Shown piece by piece: positions 1-15,200 of a DNA stretch of 64,000 bases. Source of the DNA: Bugula neritina (Eukaryota; Animalia; Bryozoa); assembly GCA_964035545.1 (NCBI GenBank), contig OZ037767.1:23948628-24012627 (forward strand). Reading direction: 5' to 3'. Positions within the stretch are counted from its first letter, which is position 1, and each line of letters opens with the position of its first letter. Under the pieces are notes generated by a model. That model saw only the letters and a program-made list of their open reading frames with translations, made no database searches and was not told the DNA's origin. The position numbers and the translations under genes are program-made.

Positions 1-2989
1 CTGAATATCAATTATGAATTATGACTTGAAAAAGTAACCTTTAACTTTCTCCAAAGTACCTGAGCTACTATTTCCGTAAGTTGGAAACCCCTGAGATACT
101 AGTGCTGTAGGATGGAAACCCCTGGCTTTAAGCAACACGAATGAATACACAGTCAACTAAAGCCACGTACATTGCTGTTCATGTAGTGAAGTTGGTTCAA
201 AGCTATGACAGTATCTTCTAATGTCTTTAAAAAGATTTCATTGTAAAAACTGGCTTTATGAATTCTGTCTCTAAAATTGTTGCTTATACAAGAGTTGCTG
301 GAAATATTCTGTGTAGTCTGTATATTCTACCAACTGGCAAAATATTATTGTTTAATTATTATGCCAAGACCACCATGTTGTTTGTTCAAATGTTCAAAGC
401 CGCATGCAGTGGAATATTTAGTCAATAATAAGTATTCCAGATAGTGTTGTATTTCAGGAATAAAGATGTAAGAATGCAGAAAAGGCAGACTATATACACA
501 CAAATGATTTGAGAAATATTTGAGGTAATTTAAATTCTTATTTGTATTATGCTTAACGGCAAGAGTGACAGACCTGGTTGATGGCATGCTGTAAGCTGTA
601 TCTGCTGATAAATGGATTATCTTATGAGTCATACTTGAAGCTGATTGGCTGCTAATATAATTAGTACACCAATTAAGGCAGCCCTGCTGTTCAACAGGTT
701 GGTGAAGACATACTTCTACCTACACTAATGTCTCATTTCAGCAACAGATTTGCCACGGCTTACCAGTTTCTTGCACTGTGAATATTAGGAGAGCTGCTTT
801 GTATCCAATACAGAGAAGACAGAGAAGTTTGTTTAATTTAAGGTAAGAATTAAAAAGTAATAGTTAGATACAAATATTTATATCCAACTAATGATTTAAC
901 TTCTCATCATTTATTCATTAATTTTAATTAATAAATGGTTTTTCTTTACTAAAAATGTACATCCAGACTAAGTTGGAATAGGCGTATCATTAAAACTATG
1001 ATCTTATTTATAATCAAATATTCACTATGGTAAAGTTAGTGAGTTAGTTGTTGTTGATGTGATTTTAATTATTTACTGCTTTATAAAAAATTACAATTAC
1101 TATTAGCATTACAATTGTTGAAATAAAAATAATCCGCTCATTATCATTATGATTAGAGGTTATCAAAATATCGATCATGATATGCATGGTATTGATTCAA
1201 CATAGCATATTTTGTGAACATACATGTATACAGTATATAATAATAATAAATTTAATTATCATAATTATTATTAATTATTGTGATGCAACTTGAAACTGCA
1301 TACTGATACTGCATAGTTAATATTACAGTATAACTGCAACCCTAACTCACTAACAGTAAATATGTTTTAGTCATCTAGTGATGCTGGTAGTCATAGTAAT
1401 AGTCATAATCATTATGATTATCATAATGCATAGTTAATAAATTTGTGCAAAAACTAATTCTATTCTTTCTCGATACTTATTACTTACTAATAGACTATCA
1501 CGTCATAACATAACATGTTATTGTCTAGATTGCAGACCAAGTGTAATAATTTCATTTATATTATATTATATCCATTTTCAACATAGCATGCTAGCATAGC
1601 CTCTGCAGATGTATAATACATTAGTGGTCATGATCATCATGATGTAAATCTATTGCTGGTATTACACGCATTTCTAGCTGTTGTGAACTAATAAGGTTGA
1701 GAAAATGGCATTTATACTAGACAAATATGTTTGTGTTGTGTAATTCAGCGACTTACAACAATGGAAAAACTTAGCTTTTATTGAAAATCTTCCAACATGA
1801 ACATAAAAAATTGTTTCTTAAACAAATACACTTACAGTTAAGAAATCACGCCAAGTTATAACACTGGCACTTAATCTCTTAAAATACTTTTCCATTTATT
1901 ATATTCATATGTTTTCACTTAGGTGTAGTAGGGAAGAAATTTGATAGCATAGGTTCTTTAATTTTCATAATACATTTTGGTTTGGGTTGTGGGTCGAAAT
2001 TCTCGTTAAGAACATAACTTCCTTTGCTACATTTCGAATCTGTAACACAAGCTTTTCTCAATTTCTCTATTAGGCTACTACATATACTTCCAAGCTTAGT
2101 AAATATCAACAGTTTACACTTGCCAAGTTGGGTTTTAAATATACCTGTCTAATATCAAGTATGAATTGAAGTACAGTTATGCTATGTTGATGTTATAATT
2201 TATTGTTTTACCTGAATCATTTTCAGGGGACACAACTACAAGTCATTAATCTTAGTTTCTAAAAAACTAAAATTTTCCACAATTTTTGTTTTATGATCTC
2301 AATAGTGAAACTGATGAGGCTATATCTATTCATAGAATTATTTCACTGGTTCTAGATGAATAGCAAAGAGAGCAAATAAATCCTAATGCACCCAATGTTT
2401 ATTCACTGAGATTACAACTTCAATACACTATGTTAACTGATAACCACTATTTGTAAACTACGATTAGGAATTGTCACTGTAAAGGATTTGTCAGCTGTCC
2501 CATTATGCGTTTAGGAATGCAAATTTTGATTGTATTAACAAAATTATGATAATTTCTGTTTAAGTTAATCACATGTATAAATAAGCAATAGTTAACATTT
2601 CCTGGTATAATAGGTTACACAGTAAACTCAGATATGCTACACAAAGTCATAGCAACTAGATTATTTGGCATCATGTAACCATAATCAGATACTATTCTTG
2701 TTGTCAACAACACATCTTTACCAGCATAAAAGGACTTTCAACATCAACATTCTGTAAATACATTAAGCTATTACTAATATACACAGAATGATAAATACTA
2801 TCTCTGTGACTTGTAACTGGGTGTTGAAACTTTGTTTATCAGTAAATGATTATTAATTAATACTTGATTTATAGTTGAGCGAGCAAATAATTTGGTGCAC
2901 TTGTTTCTTCTCCAGTAAGCCTACTCCACCATAACAGAGAGAAACCGTTTATCGTCCTGTGGCAGCAGCACCCTACGGCAGCACATATT

Positions 2990-5900
2990 ATGATGAGCGA
3001 CCCGTTGTCAGCGGAGAACTTCAGTCAGCTGTATGCCAGTCTAGAAACGCTGGACGTTACTCAGATAGTGTCTACTCTGCTCAGCATTGCTCCCCTTAGA
3101 GATGAGATCCAGAGTCGTCTGTGGCAGACTCAGCCTAGGGCCCGGCGTAAGGTAGGAACTAAGTCTATAGCTACATCTATACAACTGCAGTAGGCCTATG
3201 CTATGTTGTAACATACAGCTAGAATTGAAAAGTTGTAATGAAACTTTCAAACCTTTAAACTTTTTTAATTTAACAAAAGGTAAAAGTTCTTGTTTATAGC
3301 TGGTTCAGCTTCCAGCGATTTTGTCAAACATTTTAATGAAAGAATATATTTTTTCATCTCAAAAATTAACTTTAAATAACTAATAAAATATTCAAGACAA
3401 TGAAATGGATATATAATGTCAAAACATGATTATAAATCATTTAAACTAATTAGATCCATTTTTTTTGGAAAGCTGACAAAAGGTGATCAAATTTGAAATT
3501 AAAAATCTGAGAAAAAGTGACATTTGTGCTACCAAATTTGTTAGGCAAATGTTGAGTCCATAACGCATGGTTAGGATGAGCAACAGATGTGTATACACCT
3601 TCTGTTACTTACTCTATAGCCATCTAGCTCCAGTCTAGTCAGCAGGCTGGAAGAACACTACCTTTGATTAACATCCTGTGTCACTCCAAATAATGTCACA
3701 AAGTAACAATATTACATAAACTTTATTACAACCAAGTTCATATTCCTATATTTATATTTATCAACAATTATAAAGGATAAAACCCAGTCTTTTAGAGTCA
3801 ACTTTAAGCTGAAGTTCACAAGTGGTGTTAGACAGCATTTGCTTTGATGATTGTTTTTAAGAGGTGCTTATTTAATAAAGAGCTTGCATCTGGGCGGGTA
3901 GTTACATCACATCATAGTATACCAACACTAGATGTTCCTTCAGGAGTATTGGTTATCTGTGGTTAAGTTATGGATGCACTTGAAGTAGTACATAAAAGTT
4001 GAGGTTTAAATAATTATAAGCTTAAAAGTTTTTGCATCCAGATCTGTGTATGGAACAACTTATAAACTGCTAGAGTAAACATGTAGTTAATTACATTAAA
4101 AGTAGCTAACAATAAATTTTTACCAAGATGTAGTAACGTTTGATAGTTGATGTGTACTGGTTATAAAACATGGACCACTGCACTAAAGTATGTATAATTT
4201 AAAAGGACAATGTCGATTACAAAAGCTGTACAACAATATAACCATGATGGAAACTTTTGAAAGAAATGAAACTTGCAAATGAAAATGCTTCTGAATTATT
4301 GCCTCAGCTTGGGATGACATTGTTGGCAAGCGTCATGTGACTTCTGAGTAATAGTTCCTTTACCAAGATAGAAAGTCCCACATTTGTCCAAATATAAAAG
4401 ATAATTCCACCATACTGGTAGATTGTAGATGTATAAGCTTAGCTCAGCGTAAAGTAGATGCAGTTTTTAGCTGCTGTTTTGTCAACACCTGTATTTAGCA
4501 TCCTTAGGACTACACATAGTTGCCTACCTGGTGCATAGATTAGCAGGCTATTCCCTTGTATGTATTAAGAATTTATGTAACATGCTGGTGAGTGAGTGGT
4601 TTTGGCACTGGGCCTGATCCTAATGTTCTAATATGGCAAGTCTTATTACTATGGCAAGTCTTACTATACCATCACCAACCACCATTTAAATGCTATGATT
4701 AAAACCAACGGAATGCAAGAAAATCCCAGAGTAGGAAAACAAAACCTGTTCCATGAAATGAACAATCATGGTTGTTGCGTTAGTTTTCCTCCATGTTGCT
4801 AAACTACTGTCATAGCACGAAAGGTGATGACTTAGCTTGTGAATAACTATTGTGCCACCTAAAACAACAAAGCTGGCCTGTGTTGTTCTCTCAGAGCTTG
4901 ACAAGGACAGTCTTGGTGACCTCGGCTTAACTGCCTGATGAATCTATATTCTTGTCATCATTGAACTTATTGGTAAATGATGAGATGTTTTTCACAGATT
5001 CAGATAAACTTAGTATGTCAAGTTGGCAGCTGTGATCTCCATTATCAGCATATCACAGTTTTGGCAAACACCGTGTGGTTAAGTCTTTAACATACTCCTC
5101 AAGTGTTGTGATTCAGGGAGCAAAGAATTCAACATCTCCATGGTTTAAATAACGTAACAATAGCTTGCTGGATGGTTTGAACTTCTAAGGGCAATACTGC
5201 CTTTAGATGGGCTTAAAATACTTGCATGCTGGTTCTTTCTGTAGCAGGGCATACAGACAGATATATTTAAATTCAAAATAATGGCCCCTTGAGGCCTACA
5301 AAAAACCATAAGAGATGTTTCCACTTACACCCGTCTGGACTCAAACTGCCACACATTTTCTTTTCTTTGAATATTTCATTAGCAAAGTTAAGAAAATTAC
5401 ATTGTTTGAAGCTTTTCACTTTCCGAAAGCAATTCAAAAGAAAATCTGCTGAGATTTACACTATCAGAATATTGTTCTATGTTGCAAAGCATTTAAAGCT
5501 TATTACTTAGAATAAACCAATAGTGCTCCCTCCTCACTAAGCTTCAGGTCCAAAAACTTCAATTCATGACATGCATAGTAGAATACCAGATTTAACTAAT
5601 GATTTGTTAGATTCAGCCATTTTGCCCCTGTATAAATATACATACGCCACAAAACTGGGGTCCAAGCCCTTTTCATGACCTATGAAATGAAAGTGTGAGA
5701 TATGGAGGGAGCACTGTAATAATTGCTTTAAGTTTTAGAGAACAAAAAAAAGCAAGAATTGAGCTGTTTGAATGGCACATCCTGGATTTACAGTTTTGAC
5801 GTGTTAGTAAGTGTAATGTGCACGACATAGCAACACAATTTTACAGGTTGCTGTCGGCACCTGCAGCATACACTGATTCTGGGACATCGGCAGCTTTAGT

Positions 5901-8900
5901 TTAGCTCAAACGATGCCATTGATTGGTACAAGACTGCCTGTCAACTATATATTAAATTATCATTACAGATGTATTTGGTAATCATTCTGCCACATTTGCA
6001 AATATTAATGGGATATTGTGCTGTTGGCAAAGAGGATGTTTGTGGTTGCTATCTCATGTCACTTAATATCATCGCACTAACCAACTGCATGCTTTACCCA
6101 TCAAAATCTCAGTTGCTTAATTTAAAGCCTTAATAGCTTTTAAATAGCCCGCAAAACTTACTTTTTTATTATAGTAAAACTGTAACTTTCAAGTGAAATA
6201 CTGTATATTAATTTTAGATGATAATTAGAGGTTGGTGCAGTAATGGGGAACTTTGAAAGGCCTGTGTTTTGCGATCGGAAATAATAGCAAAAGAAATATG
6301 TTCCAGAATTTCTTAACCATACCCAAACTAAAATTATTCATAGGCAGTTAAAGAACTTAGGCTATAGGAAGTTTTTTCCGTCGATGCATTTAAATGGATA
6401 ATTATAATACAATTATCATGCTTATAAAATTAACTGATAAAAAACCATAATTTTCTTTTTTTATCAAAAACAGTCATTTTCTTGTTACTGTGTTTACCAT
6501 TCTACATTTGGTGCTTTTGATGATGCATTAACAAAACTTTTGAAACAGATCCGATTGCCAAATCATGACACTGGAAATGTTGTTGTTGATGTCATGGTGT
6601 TACAATGACCTGAAATATCACAACCAACTGGTTTTGGTGAAGGGTAATGTCTTGATACGGTGTCCTTATAGACTCTCATTTGATTCACAGGGGATAGTTA
6701 AGTGTTGAGTATATAACCTACTACCACTACTGTCTATTGTTATGACAAGCTGCTTTTGTGTTGTGTATAAGAATAAAAAGTGCTTTAAGTTACTGAAGGA
6801 AGTGTGAACGGCTAAATAACAATTTATTAGACAATCGAAACATTATTTCAAATCCTATGCAGTTAATTATGAGAGCCACTGGGAAAGCAGCATGAATCAA
6901 ATGGCCTTCATTAGCTCTCCAGCCCTTAATAACTATTTTCATAATTCATTGCAAAACACTCACTAGGGCCCCTTTCATGTATGCCCTGAGATTTTTACAA
7001 TTTGAATAGCCGCAGGGTGGTTTTTTAAATAAAAGGACTTCAGCAAGTCTGTTTTGATCTTATTTTTCTCTCTTCCTCTACATTTATGGAGAGGAATTAA
7101 AGGGCAAAAATTCTCAGTTTCACTGTTTAACCTAATGATTACTACAAACATGACTTACAGTTGTTATTCATACATATATATATTGTAACTTTTATAACTA
7201 ATACTTACCTATTCTATGTGCTTATGCATGATAATTGAATTTTAGAAGCTATATCAAAAGTAGATTAAGTTGTGGAACGACTCATTCACTCTATAGCAAC
7301 AATAACTTATAAGTATTTACCATAGAGTTTTACTTTATTGTTTTAGAGAAGGACTAGGGCCGAGATGGAGGCACTGGGCCAGAAAACAACAGCCGATGAC
7401 TTTAAAACAGTTCAGTTAAATATTCAGAATACTCTTGCTAATGGGAAAACAACCCCAGTGTTGGAAAATACTCAAGTATATAAGAAGAAATCTCGTAAAG
7501 GAATGCCAGCCAAGCTGAATGCCACCAAGTACTCCCATCTATTACATAACCAGGTACAGCATACACTGTAGTGTGTATTGTAACACACCAGTTACTGTAG
7601 TGCATATATTGAGAACTTCTTTGCTGGGCCGTTACTTTAGCATCTCATAGTGTAGTTACTGTGTTTTTAGAAGAGTAAAAATTTTTCGCATTGTGAAAAG
7701 GGGGTCCTGGGCACATAGAAAAAGTAATATAGTCAGAATTCTGTAAATTGAATGGTTTAATGGTACTTTGTAAATAATTACAAAAGCTGTTGATAATAGG
7801 TTAAGCCTGTAGCAACAGGTGTACTCATCAAGGAGCTGCAAATCCTAAACTTGGGTAAGAACTCACCTGTTGGCAGCCACCTAATGCTGCCTGTGAAATA
7901 CTGCTCGGGTGCATTTTCCTAATGCATAAAACACTGTGACAACTGGCATCTAAACTGCCAGATTTGGAGAACTGTAAATGTGAAATTAAGCTTTATTCAA
8001 TTATTAGGCACTTGTTGACTGAGTTTCCTGTGATTTGAGGATGTGATGTATTGATGTTAGTCACATTGAACTCTTGACTGAACTAAAGATAGAGCATTGC
8101 AGTGTGGGGGACATTAAATCTGATAAAAGTGGCCATATTTAGATTTTTCACTAATGCAGCTGATCAAACAATTGTTAGCAAATCAATGCTATAATACATT
8201 CATGTGTTTTAATATTAAATAGTTGAAAATGTTTCTTGTAGCATCTTAGTATGTTGACATTATAAGCAATGACCGCTACTAAAATAACTTTTCTGTATGA
8301 CTCACCCCTTTAGTGTGTAGAAATGTGTATGTAAGAAATTCAGCATTCAGTATAGTTGATTAAACTTCTTACTGCATTGGGCATATTTGTTACCTTACAC
8401 ACCAGCAAGCTATTAAGCAGGCATGAGCTTGAGATGAAGTTTAAGTCACAACAAGTACGATATTATAAATTGACAAAGAATGCCATAGCTATTGCTCCTT
8501 CACATTCTACAGCGTAACTGGTAATGCAATGATGATATATTGAGTCTTAACCAGTGGGATACATTGAATATTTGTCAAATTTTTGTGCTAAAGACTAAAA
8601 AAACTTTTATTATAACTCTGCAAAGGGGCCATAATAATATATATATATATATTAAAAGGGTAAAAATAGAGAGATTATATCAAGATAAAAGCATGAGCTT
8701 CCTAAACTGATTTGCACTTAGTCTGTTTCATGGGCTGAAGGTAAAGTTGATAAGGTATTGCTTTGTTCTAGATGCCCTTGGCTGCATTTCCTGTGACTAG
8801 AGCATCAGATTCGGGAGGTTTTAGTGCAGGAACATCTTCACCAGGAAGTAACCAATCAGATGCGGCTTATACAGGGAGTAACCAATCAGATGTAGAAACT

Positions 8901-11586
8901 AGTCCAGTTGCCCCAACTGTTACTCCTTTCCGAGACTCGGAGAGATTAGCTGGCAAGTCTTTCATTTGTCTATTTTCATATTCTATGAACAGTTATATAC
9001 CAGTTTTTAACTATTCTGACATGAATTTACAATAATATGATGCTAACACACGCTTATATGCTATGTAGCACCATATTTGTTATCAGTTATGATAACCATA
9101 ATACAATCTTGTGACTGCTCATTTGTATTATTCAGAATTTGATAAGACGAACCTTCAATCCAGCATCTTGCCTTTCTCTTACTGGAACTCATTTAGACTG
9201 GCAACAAGCCATCTGCTGTATAACTATAGTAACGTGATGCTCCCATCTCTTGGTACAGACATACTCAAGTCTATTGAGTCCAACACTCACCCTTTTCACA
9301 CCGCGTCTAACCACACTGTTCAGAACACCACTAGTCCACAGGTTACTTTATACTGTTATAATTCAAGCATGTATTTGCTATAAAAGTAGTTGAAACTTAC
9401 AGTAGTGGTAGAAAGTATTAGTGATAATAGCAATGCATGTATAACTGTTTTAGTGATTGTAGTTACAGTAACAAATGTAGTGTATCTGTAGAGGGTAATT
9501 TTTATTGTGTAAAAACTTGTGTACTGAAAAGTGATCTCGAAGTGATATTCAATATTGAAAATACGAGTTTTATTAAGAGGACAATTTCTTACACTATAAT
9601 TTATTCTAAATTGAAAGATTTAATGTTAATTCTTCCCATGTTGACTGTGTTTAGGCAAGGAATAGTTATGAAAACAAGGAGAGTCAAGAAGAGCCTTACA
9701 TTTCAATAGTAGATGAGGAAGGTAAGAAGGTGTTAAACTTCTACAAACTATGTTACAGTTTTATTGTATCTAGGAGGTGTTTACTGTCTCAACAAACTCA
9801 TGATGTGCTGTGTATTGTAGAGGAGCCTGAAAAGGCTGAAGACTTGACAACAAAACGCTGTGCAGAATCTCCTGGTAGTAGTGTGACCACGATCTCTACA
9901 AGCGCCAAAGAACAAAACACCACACAACAGCTCACGGAGATCAATTGTCCTGATTGCGGAGTTTCAGTAGTTCTGTCTGATCTCACATCTCACTTGCAAA
10001 ACGAATGCTCAAACCAATACTCTGCTTCTAAAAAGGTTTGTGCATCTGAAAAACTGGTCTTTGAGATGAAAACTGCTGATGAAATTTCGTTATGTTGCAT
10101 TCTACCCAGTTCTGTGTTTACAAATGTGTTTATTGTAGGTTTCATCTGAAGTTAACACACTTAGCAAAGCTAATTGGGAGTTGTGTACTATTTGCTACCA
10201 AAGAGTTCCTGAGAAGAATATGCTCAAACATATAAAGCAAAGACATTCGGATAAGAATGAGTTCCGCTGTGATATTTGTAATGAAAACTTTAGAAATAAG
10301 TCAACACTAAAGCGTCACAAGGTAGCTATATGATTATGCTGTTTTTTACATCTTTATAATACTGTGTATTGCAATATAAGACTATTCACATGGCATCTTT
10401 CATTCGTGTTAGAATGTACATGTATAGCTGCATGGTGCTCTTATTGGTTATATATCCAACTTTAACAACTATTACAGCCAAATTAAAAGTTAAACATATT
10501 ACCTTAGAGCGATTATAGCAATAGCATAAAATATGCCATGCAAAGAAGATAGAAAATTACCAACAACTACTGTCTACCCTTGTACACTAGTATAATATAT
10601 TTACAACACAGATCACGCACACTAGTGGTGGGGGACACGCTTGCTCATACTGTGCCAAGATATTTGCCAAACCCGAGCTCCTTCGAAGACACGAGCTATT
10701 ACACACAGAAGTTAAAAGAATTCTCTGGCCATGTTCTAAATGTGACAAGAGCTTTAGCAACAAGTATAACTTAGCAGTAAGTGTCTTATTATTATATTGT
10801 TCTATAATGCATTACAACTATAGGTCATGCGCTGTCGGCTAGGTTTAGAGGTCATGTTCTAAAGGTCATATAGTTGTCTAATAATTAATGTCCAGTGCTG
10901 ATAATTTCTTCAACTTTTGTTCAACCGGAAAGTAATTAATTATTCGTTCAGCTGTCTTGTTATTAGAAAGTGATTGCTTCATTAAATATGTTAGCTGGAA
11001 GCTTTTCAATACTGTATCTTGCCAGGTCAAGATTTGGTGCCCATTATAAAAATTGACTTTGATATTCGGCTGCATATTATATTGCAATTTTATCCCTAAG
11101 TTTATAGCAATATCAAGTTGCGCTGGTAGATTATACCGCATGAAAACTTGTCAATTCTTCAACCAATACAACATTTCCTAAAAGTTAAGAAACTGTAAGC
11201 TTAGTTCACCCATTATATTTAAAATACTAATAACTAGTCTGAACATAATATGAAATCTTAGACTATTTTAGATGTTTTATGAAATGCTGATGGTACTTTA
11301 AAAATAGTTCAAAATAACATCATAGTTATATCTTCCTTGTCTTAGTCAGCTAACCACAATTTGCATTTGTGCCAACAGTCATGATGCAACATTTTTCATG
11401 GAGACGCTTTCTGCTTGCCAGGTACACGACAGGATGCACACCGGAGAGCTTCCGTTTCCCTGCCCGCACTGCCCGGAGAAGTTTAGAGTGAAGTGCAGCA
11501 TGCAGAATCACATCAAGTCCCGGCACCCTCAACTTCACTGCAGGTCCCCGAGCCCAGGGGTTGAGAGTCACTCATCTAGTATGTGA
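2990..11586 (+). CDS. C2H2 zinc-finger protein, 9 coding exons (2990-3151, 7347-7553, 8772-8952, 9136-9341, 9655-9721, 9821-10035, 10139-10321, 10612-10776, 11422-11586)
   Basis: Exons join in phase with canonical splice sites (one GC-AG). Fingers CTIC..HIKQRH, CDIC..HK|ITH, CSYC..HELLH, CSKC..YNLA|VHDRMH, linker TGELPFPC, CPHC..HIKSRH, plus an upstream CPDC..HLQNEC finger. The N-terminal exons are less certain. Confidence 0.85.
5521..5716. mobile_element. Small degenerate Tc1/mariner(pogo)-like MITE in zinc-finger intron 1
   Basis: Ends TAGTGCTCCCTCC ... GGAGGGAGCACTG-TA form a ~12-bp inverted repeat; TA present at the right flank, left flank eroded. Confidence 0.45.
8953..9135 (+). other. 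Non-canonical GC-AG intron
   Basis: G|GCAAGT donor matches the consensus except +2C and gives the phase-1 junction needed to join ...ERLA to EFDKTN... after the TTCAG acceptor. Confidence 0.7.
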
Positions 11587-11587
11587 A

Positions 11588-11760
11588 TCACTGAAGAGCT
11601 CAATGGGCCGTCACTATGCAACTAATACAAGACTCACTGAAGAGCTCAATGGGCTGTCATTATGCAACTAATACAAGACTCACTGAAGAGCTCAATGGGC
11701 TGTCACCATGCAACTAATACAAGACTTTCTGACTCACGGAAAAGCTCACTATGCAACCAA
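11588..11760 (+). repeat. 46-bp tandem repeat (3 copies plus a partial) right after the zinc-finger stop codon
   Basis: Unit TCACTGAAGAGCTCAATGGGCTGTCACTATGCAACTAATACAAGAC. Confidence 0.9.
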
Positions 11761-12248
11761 TGCAATACTCATGCTTTATCATACTCAGTATTTTTGATCT
11801 TATGCAATCATTTTACACATTTTTTGCTTCTAGTCTAGTTATATGATATATTCAACAGCTGGTAATACCCCAATCATTACACTGACAATCCATAACCCAT
11901 ATACCTGTATTATTTGGTGCATAATAACCCACATTACATATTGTACATAACTATTAACATTATTTGTTTTGATAACGTCATTTATTTCTATTTTCTAGCT
12001 TTTTACATAATTATTTTAACGCAAATATACTGATATTTCACATTATAGCAGAAAAATCTCTGGTTTTATTAGTTACTTTGCTAACCACAAATCATTAGCC
12101 ATTTATAGTAGTGGTATAGTACAGCTAACTCCAAAATAGACCTCAAATGTTACAATCTTATATCTGATCAGATAGGCTGTGTATGTAACACATAGGGCTG
12201 ACTCCCAGCCAATTCCCATCTCCACCAAACGCTAGTTCCACAACAGTT

Positions 12249-15200
12249 TCAACTCTTCTCATAGTCAACTAATCTGAGCAAACCATCATCCTTGATAGAA
12301 CCAGCCAATAGACTGTCCAGCGACAGCACCATATCAGGAGAGAAGTGGTTCTGCCAATCACCAACTTTCCCTGAAACAACCAATCAACAGTAAACAATGT
12401 TGGCGCATACTACTGCAAGCACTCACTGTTTACGAATATTTTATTTAAATGGAGGTTTGTCATTTATACATAGAGAAACCTACCCTTGCGTAGGAACTGA
12501 GCATCGTCTTTAAGAAACCCGTTGACTGCCAGCCATTGGTAGTTGGAACTAGGGTTATTTTTCATACTGCTGAAGCTACACATATAGGAAAGTAGTTGCA
12601 GCTGCTCAGAGGAAAGGGGTGTGTCAAGAAACCGGGCTAGCTTTTCTATATTCTTTATTGGATCCTACAGGACAACAAATAACCAGTATTACTATATATA
12701 TATTTCTAGTTCAACTATGTATAGAGTAATATGATGTAATATACTATAAGATCATATGTATTACTGATTAGCATCTCTTACATTACTTTTACATGGCATA
12801 TAAAATACATATTAATATACAACATATATGAATATAGATACAATATAGTATGTGTTGGCTCAATAGTTATCAATATGGTGACCACAAATCTACTTCACCA
12901 AAAGTATTTTCCTATCAATTCACTTGTCTAACTTGTAAATAAATGACATCTACTGTAGTATCGTTCAATACAAGCATTTGATTTATGTTGCAACCATCTA
13001 ACAAAATAAGATTTTGCCTGAAATTTTTGCTTTAAAATGTAAAAATTACAATATGTAGCACGTATTTAAATACATTTCCAGCCTCTTAGTGAGGGGGCAC
13101 AACTCTAAAAATCTGGTTTATATGCAAACTGAAAACATAATAAAGCAGGTACAAGTATCAACTAAATCTTATGGAGTGGCAATTCTAATGTTGATCCAAG
13201 TATCACTGAGCTTTGCTGCCGATGAGGCATGTTGCTGCTGTAGCTGATTAACTAAGTCTGAGATAATTTCTTGAACATTAAAAACTTGAAATATTCCTGG
13301 TTGTCTGAAAACCACCAAGTTGAGCTCCCAGAGCGTTATTGAACATTCTAGAACTGTGAATAGCCAACACGGAGTAACATTCACCTTCACTAATTCCTCA
13401 TAAGTAATGAACAGAACATTGCTGCTGGCTTCAGATGAAAGACTATAAGTGTAGTATTCTTGTACGTGACTGGGCCAGGATCCATACGCAACTAGAAGAT
13501 CAAGAAGAAAAACAATAATGCTGCGATATATAAAATACTACTATATATAATATTGCTACATATATACATATGATACTACTATATATAATATTGCTACATA
13601 TACAATACTACTATATATAATACTACCAGATATAATACTGCTATATATGTTTAATACTGCTACATAATAAGCAAACTTGGTAATTACTATTCAAGATTTT
13701 TAAGGGTCAAGTTAGACACAAATCTTGTTAAGTTAGACAGGTGATCGGAAAAACACACAAGACGTAGATACGGGTTCACAACATCCTGTCTGCTGCTAAC
13801 AACTCACCGCTGCCATCTAGAAAGAGGTTGAAGAAGTTAGAAAACTCCCCGTTATATCCAACCATCTGAATCATCTTGGTAAAGTGATAGTAGGACACAC
13901 AGACATCTCTTGGGTTCCTCATGATGTACACTATCTACCAGTATAATACAGAGTAGGTTCGCACCAAATCCTCAGCCACAAACCAACAAACAATGTATAC
14001 ACACGTTTAATATTACATAAAACTTATACTCAGTAAGGATGGCTAATACACAACTTGTGAAGAGTTTCTATTTCATAATATTAACTCTAGTAATTGATTC
14101 AATTCCTCATGTTTAGTGATAACTGATTGCTACATCAATGTTGATTGCTGATTGCATTACTGATTGCAAATTACTACCTCAACATTGCTAAATTGCTACA
14201 TCAATATTGCTAGCATGTTTCATTAATATTGGTAACTTCCTACAATAATGTTGCTAATTTGCACATTGTCATCCTATAAGCTACTCCCTAGTAATAAATG
14301 ACATGAGAATATTACCTTATGCTTCCCATTAGTTATACTATTAGGCAGGAGTTTCAATGGTAAATGAGATTTGATAATTCTGGGAGTAGAGTGCGGCATT
14401 GATTCGAGTTGGTGATGGTTAGAATGCACCCACTCTAAATATGGCACCCTTTCATCCAGGGGTTTAGACTTGGCTTTAGGAATATCTAGCTTATGTACAA
14501 TGTTGTATGCCAACTCTGATATCCAAGTAGTACCTACAGCCACAAAATCAATATAATAAATGAGGCTGGTCTACATGATTCTAGAAACCACAGGCTATGC
14601 TTGGGTCTAACATAAAACAACCACCAGCCCCACTTTAAACTCTTGATGAGAGTTTGTCTTTTGACACCCGAATCTGCCTCACCTGATTTTGGGTAGGAGA
14701 GTATGTATATGTCATCATGCCGTGTGTTGAAACCATCCAGCTTTCTGACATTGCTAGCAATATCTTTGATTAGCGGAACACCATCTAAGTCTGTTAGCCA
14801 ATCCAATAATTTCTCTTCTTCACTTTTAGTCTGCAGGAAGTTACAATTGTATAGTCTTTCCTACTTATCCTGAACTCTACAGTATTCAATAGGCTTAACA
14901 TGTACCACAATAAATTTGCAACTAAATTAAAACAGTCACATCCTTGTGCCAATTTCAGAGTGTCATACATACTGATTTGAGTGAAAACTTCAACTTTAGT
15001 TTTAACGATAATTTAACCGATTGATTATTACACTTATATGTTTTATTTACAATAAATACTTGCAATCATAATGAAAATTATAATACAGATTTCCAATAGT
15101 TCTTGTGATTTTTGATCCAAGACTTTGATTAAATAAGATTTAACACAGAGCAACATTATATGCTAGCTCTCATTGAAATAGGTGACTGGATATTAATAAC

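Noticed and set aside
11346-11421. Apparent in-frame TGA (possible selenocysteine) ahead of the last zinc-finger exon
   Set aside because: The better acceptor is TTGCCAG at 11421, which completes the finger (YNLA|VHDRMH); the TGA is intronic.
11588-11760. CTGAAGA-GCTC-AAT-GGGC in the 46-bp repeat looks like the start of a tandem hammerhead
   Set aside because: No GAAA after the stem and no stem III or cleavage triplet.
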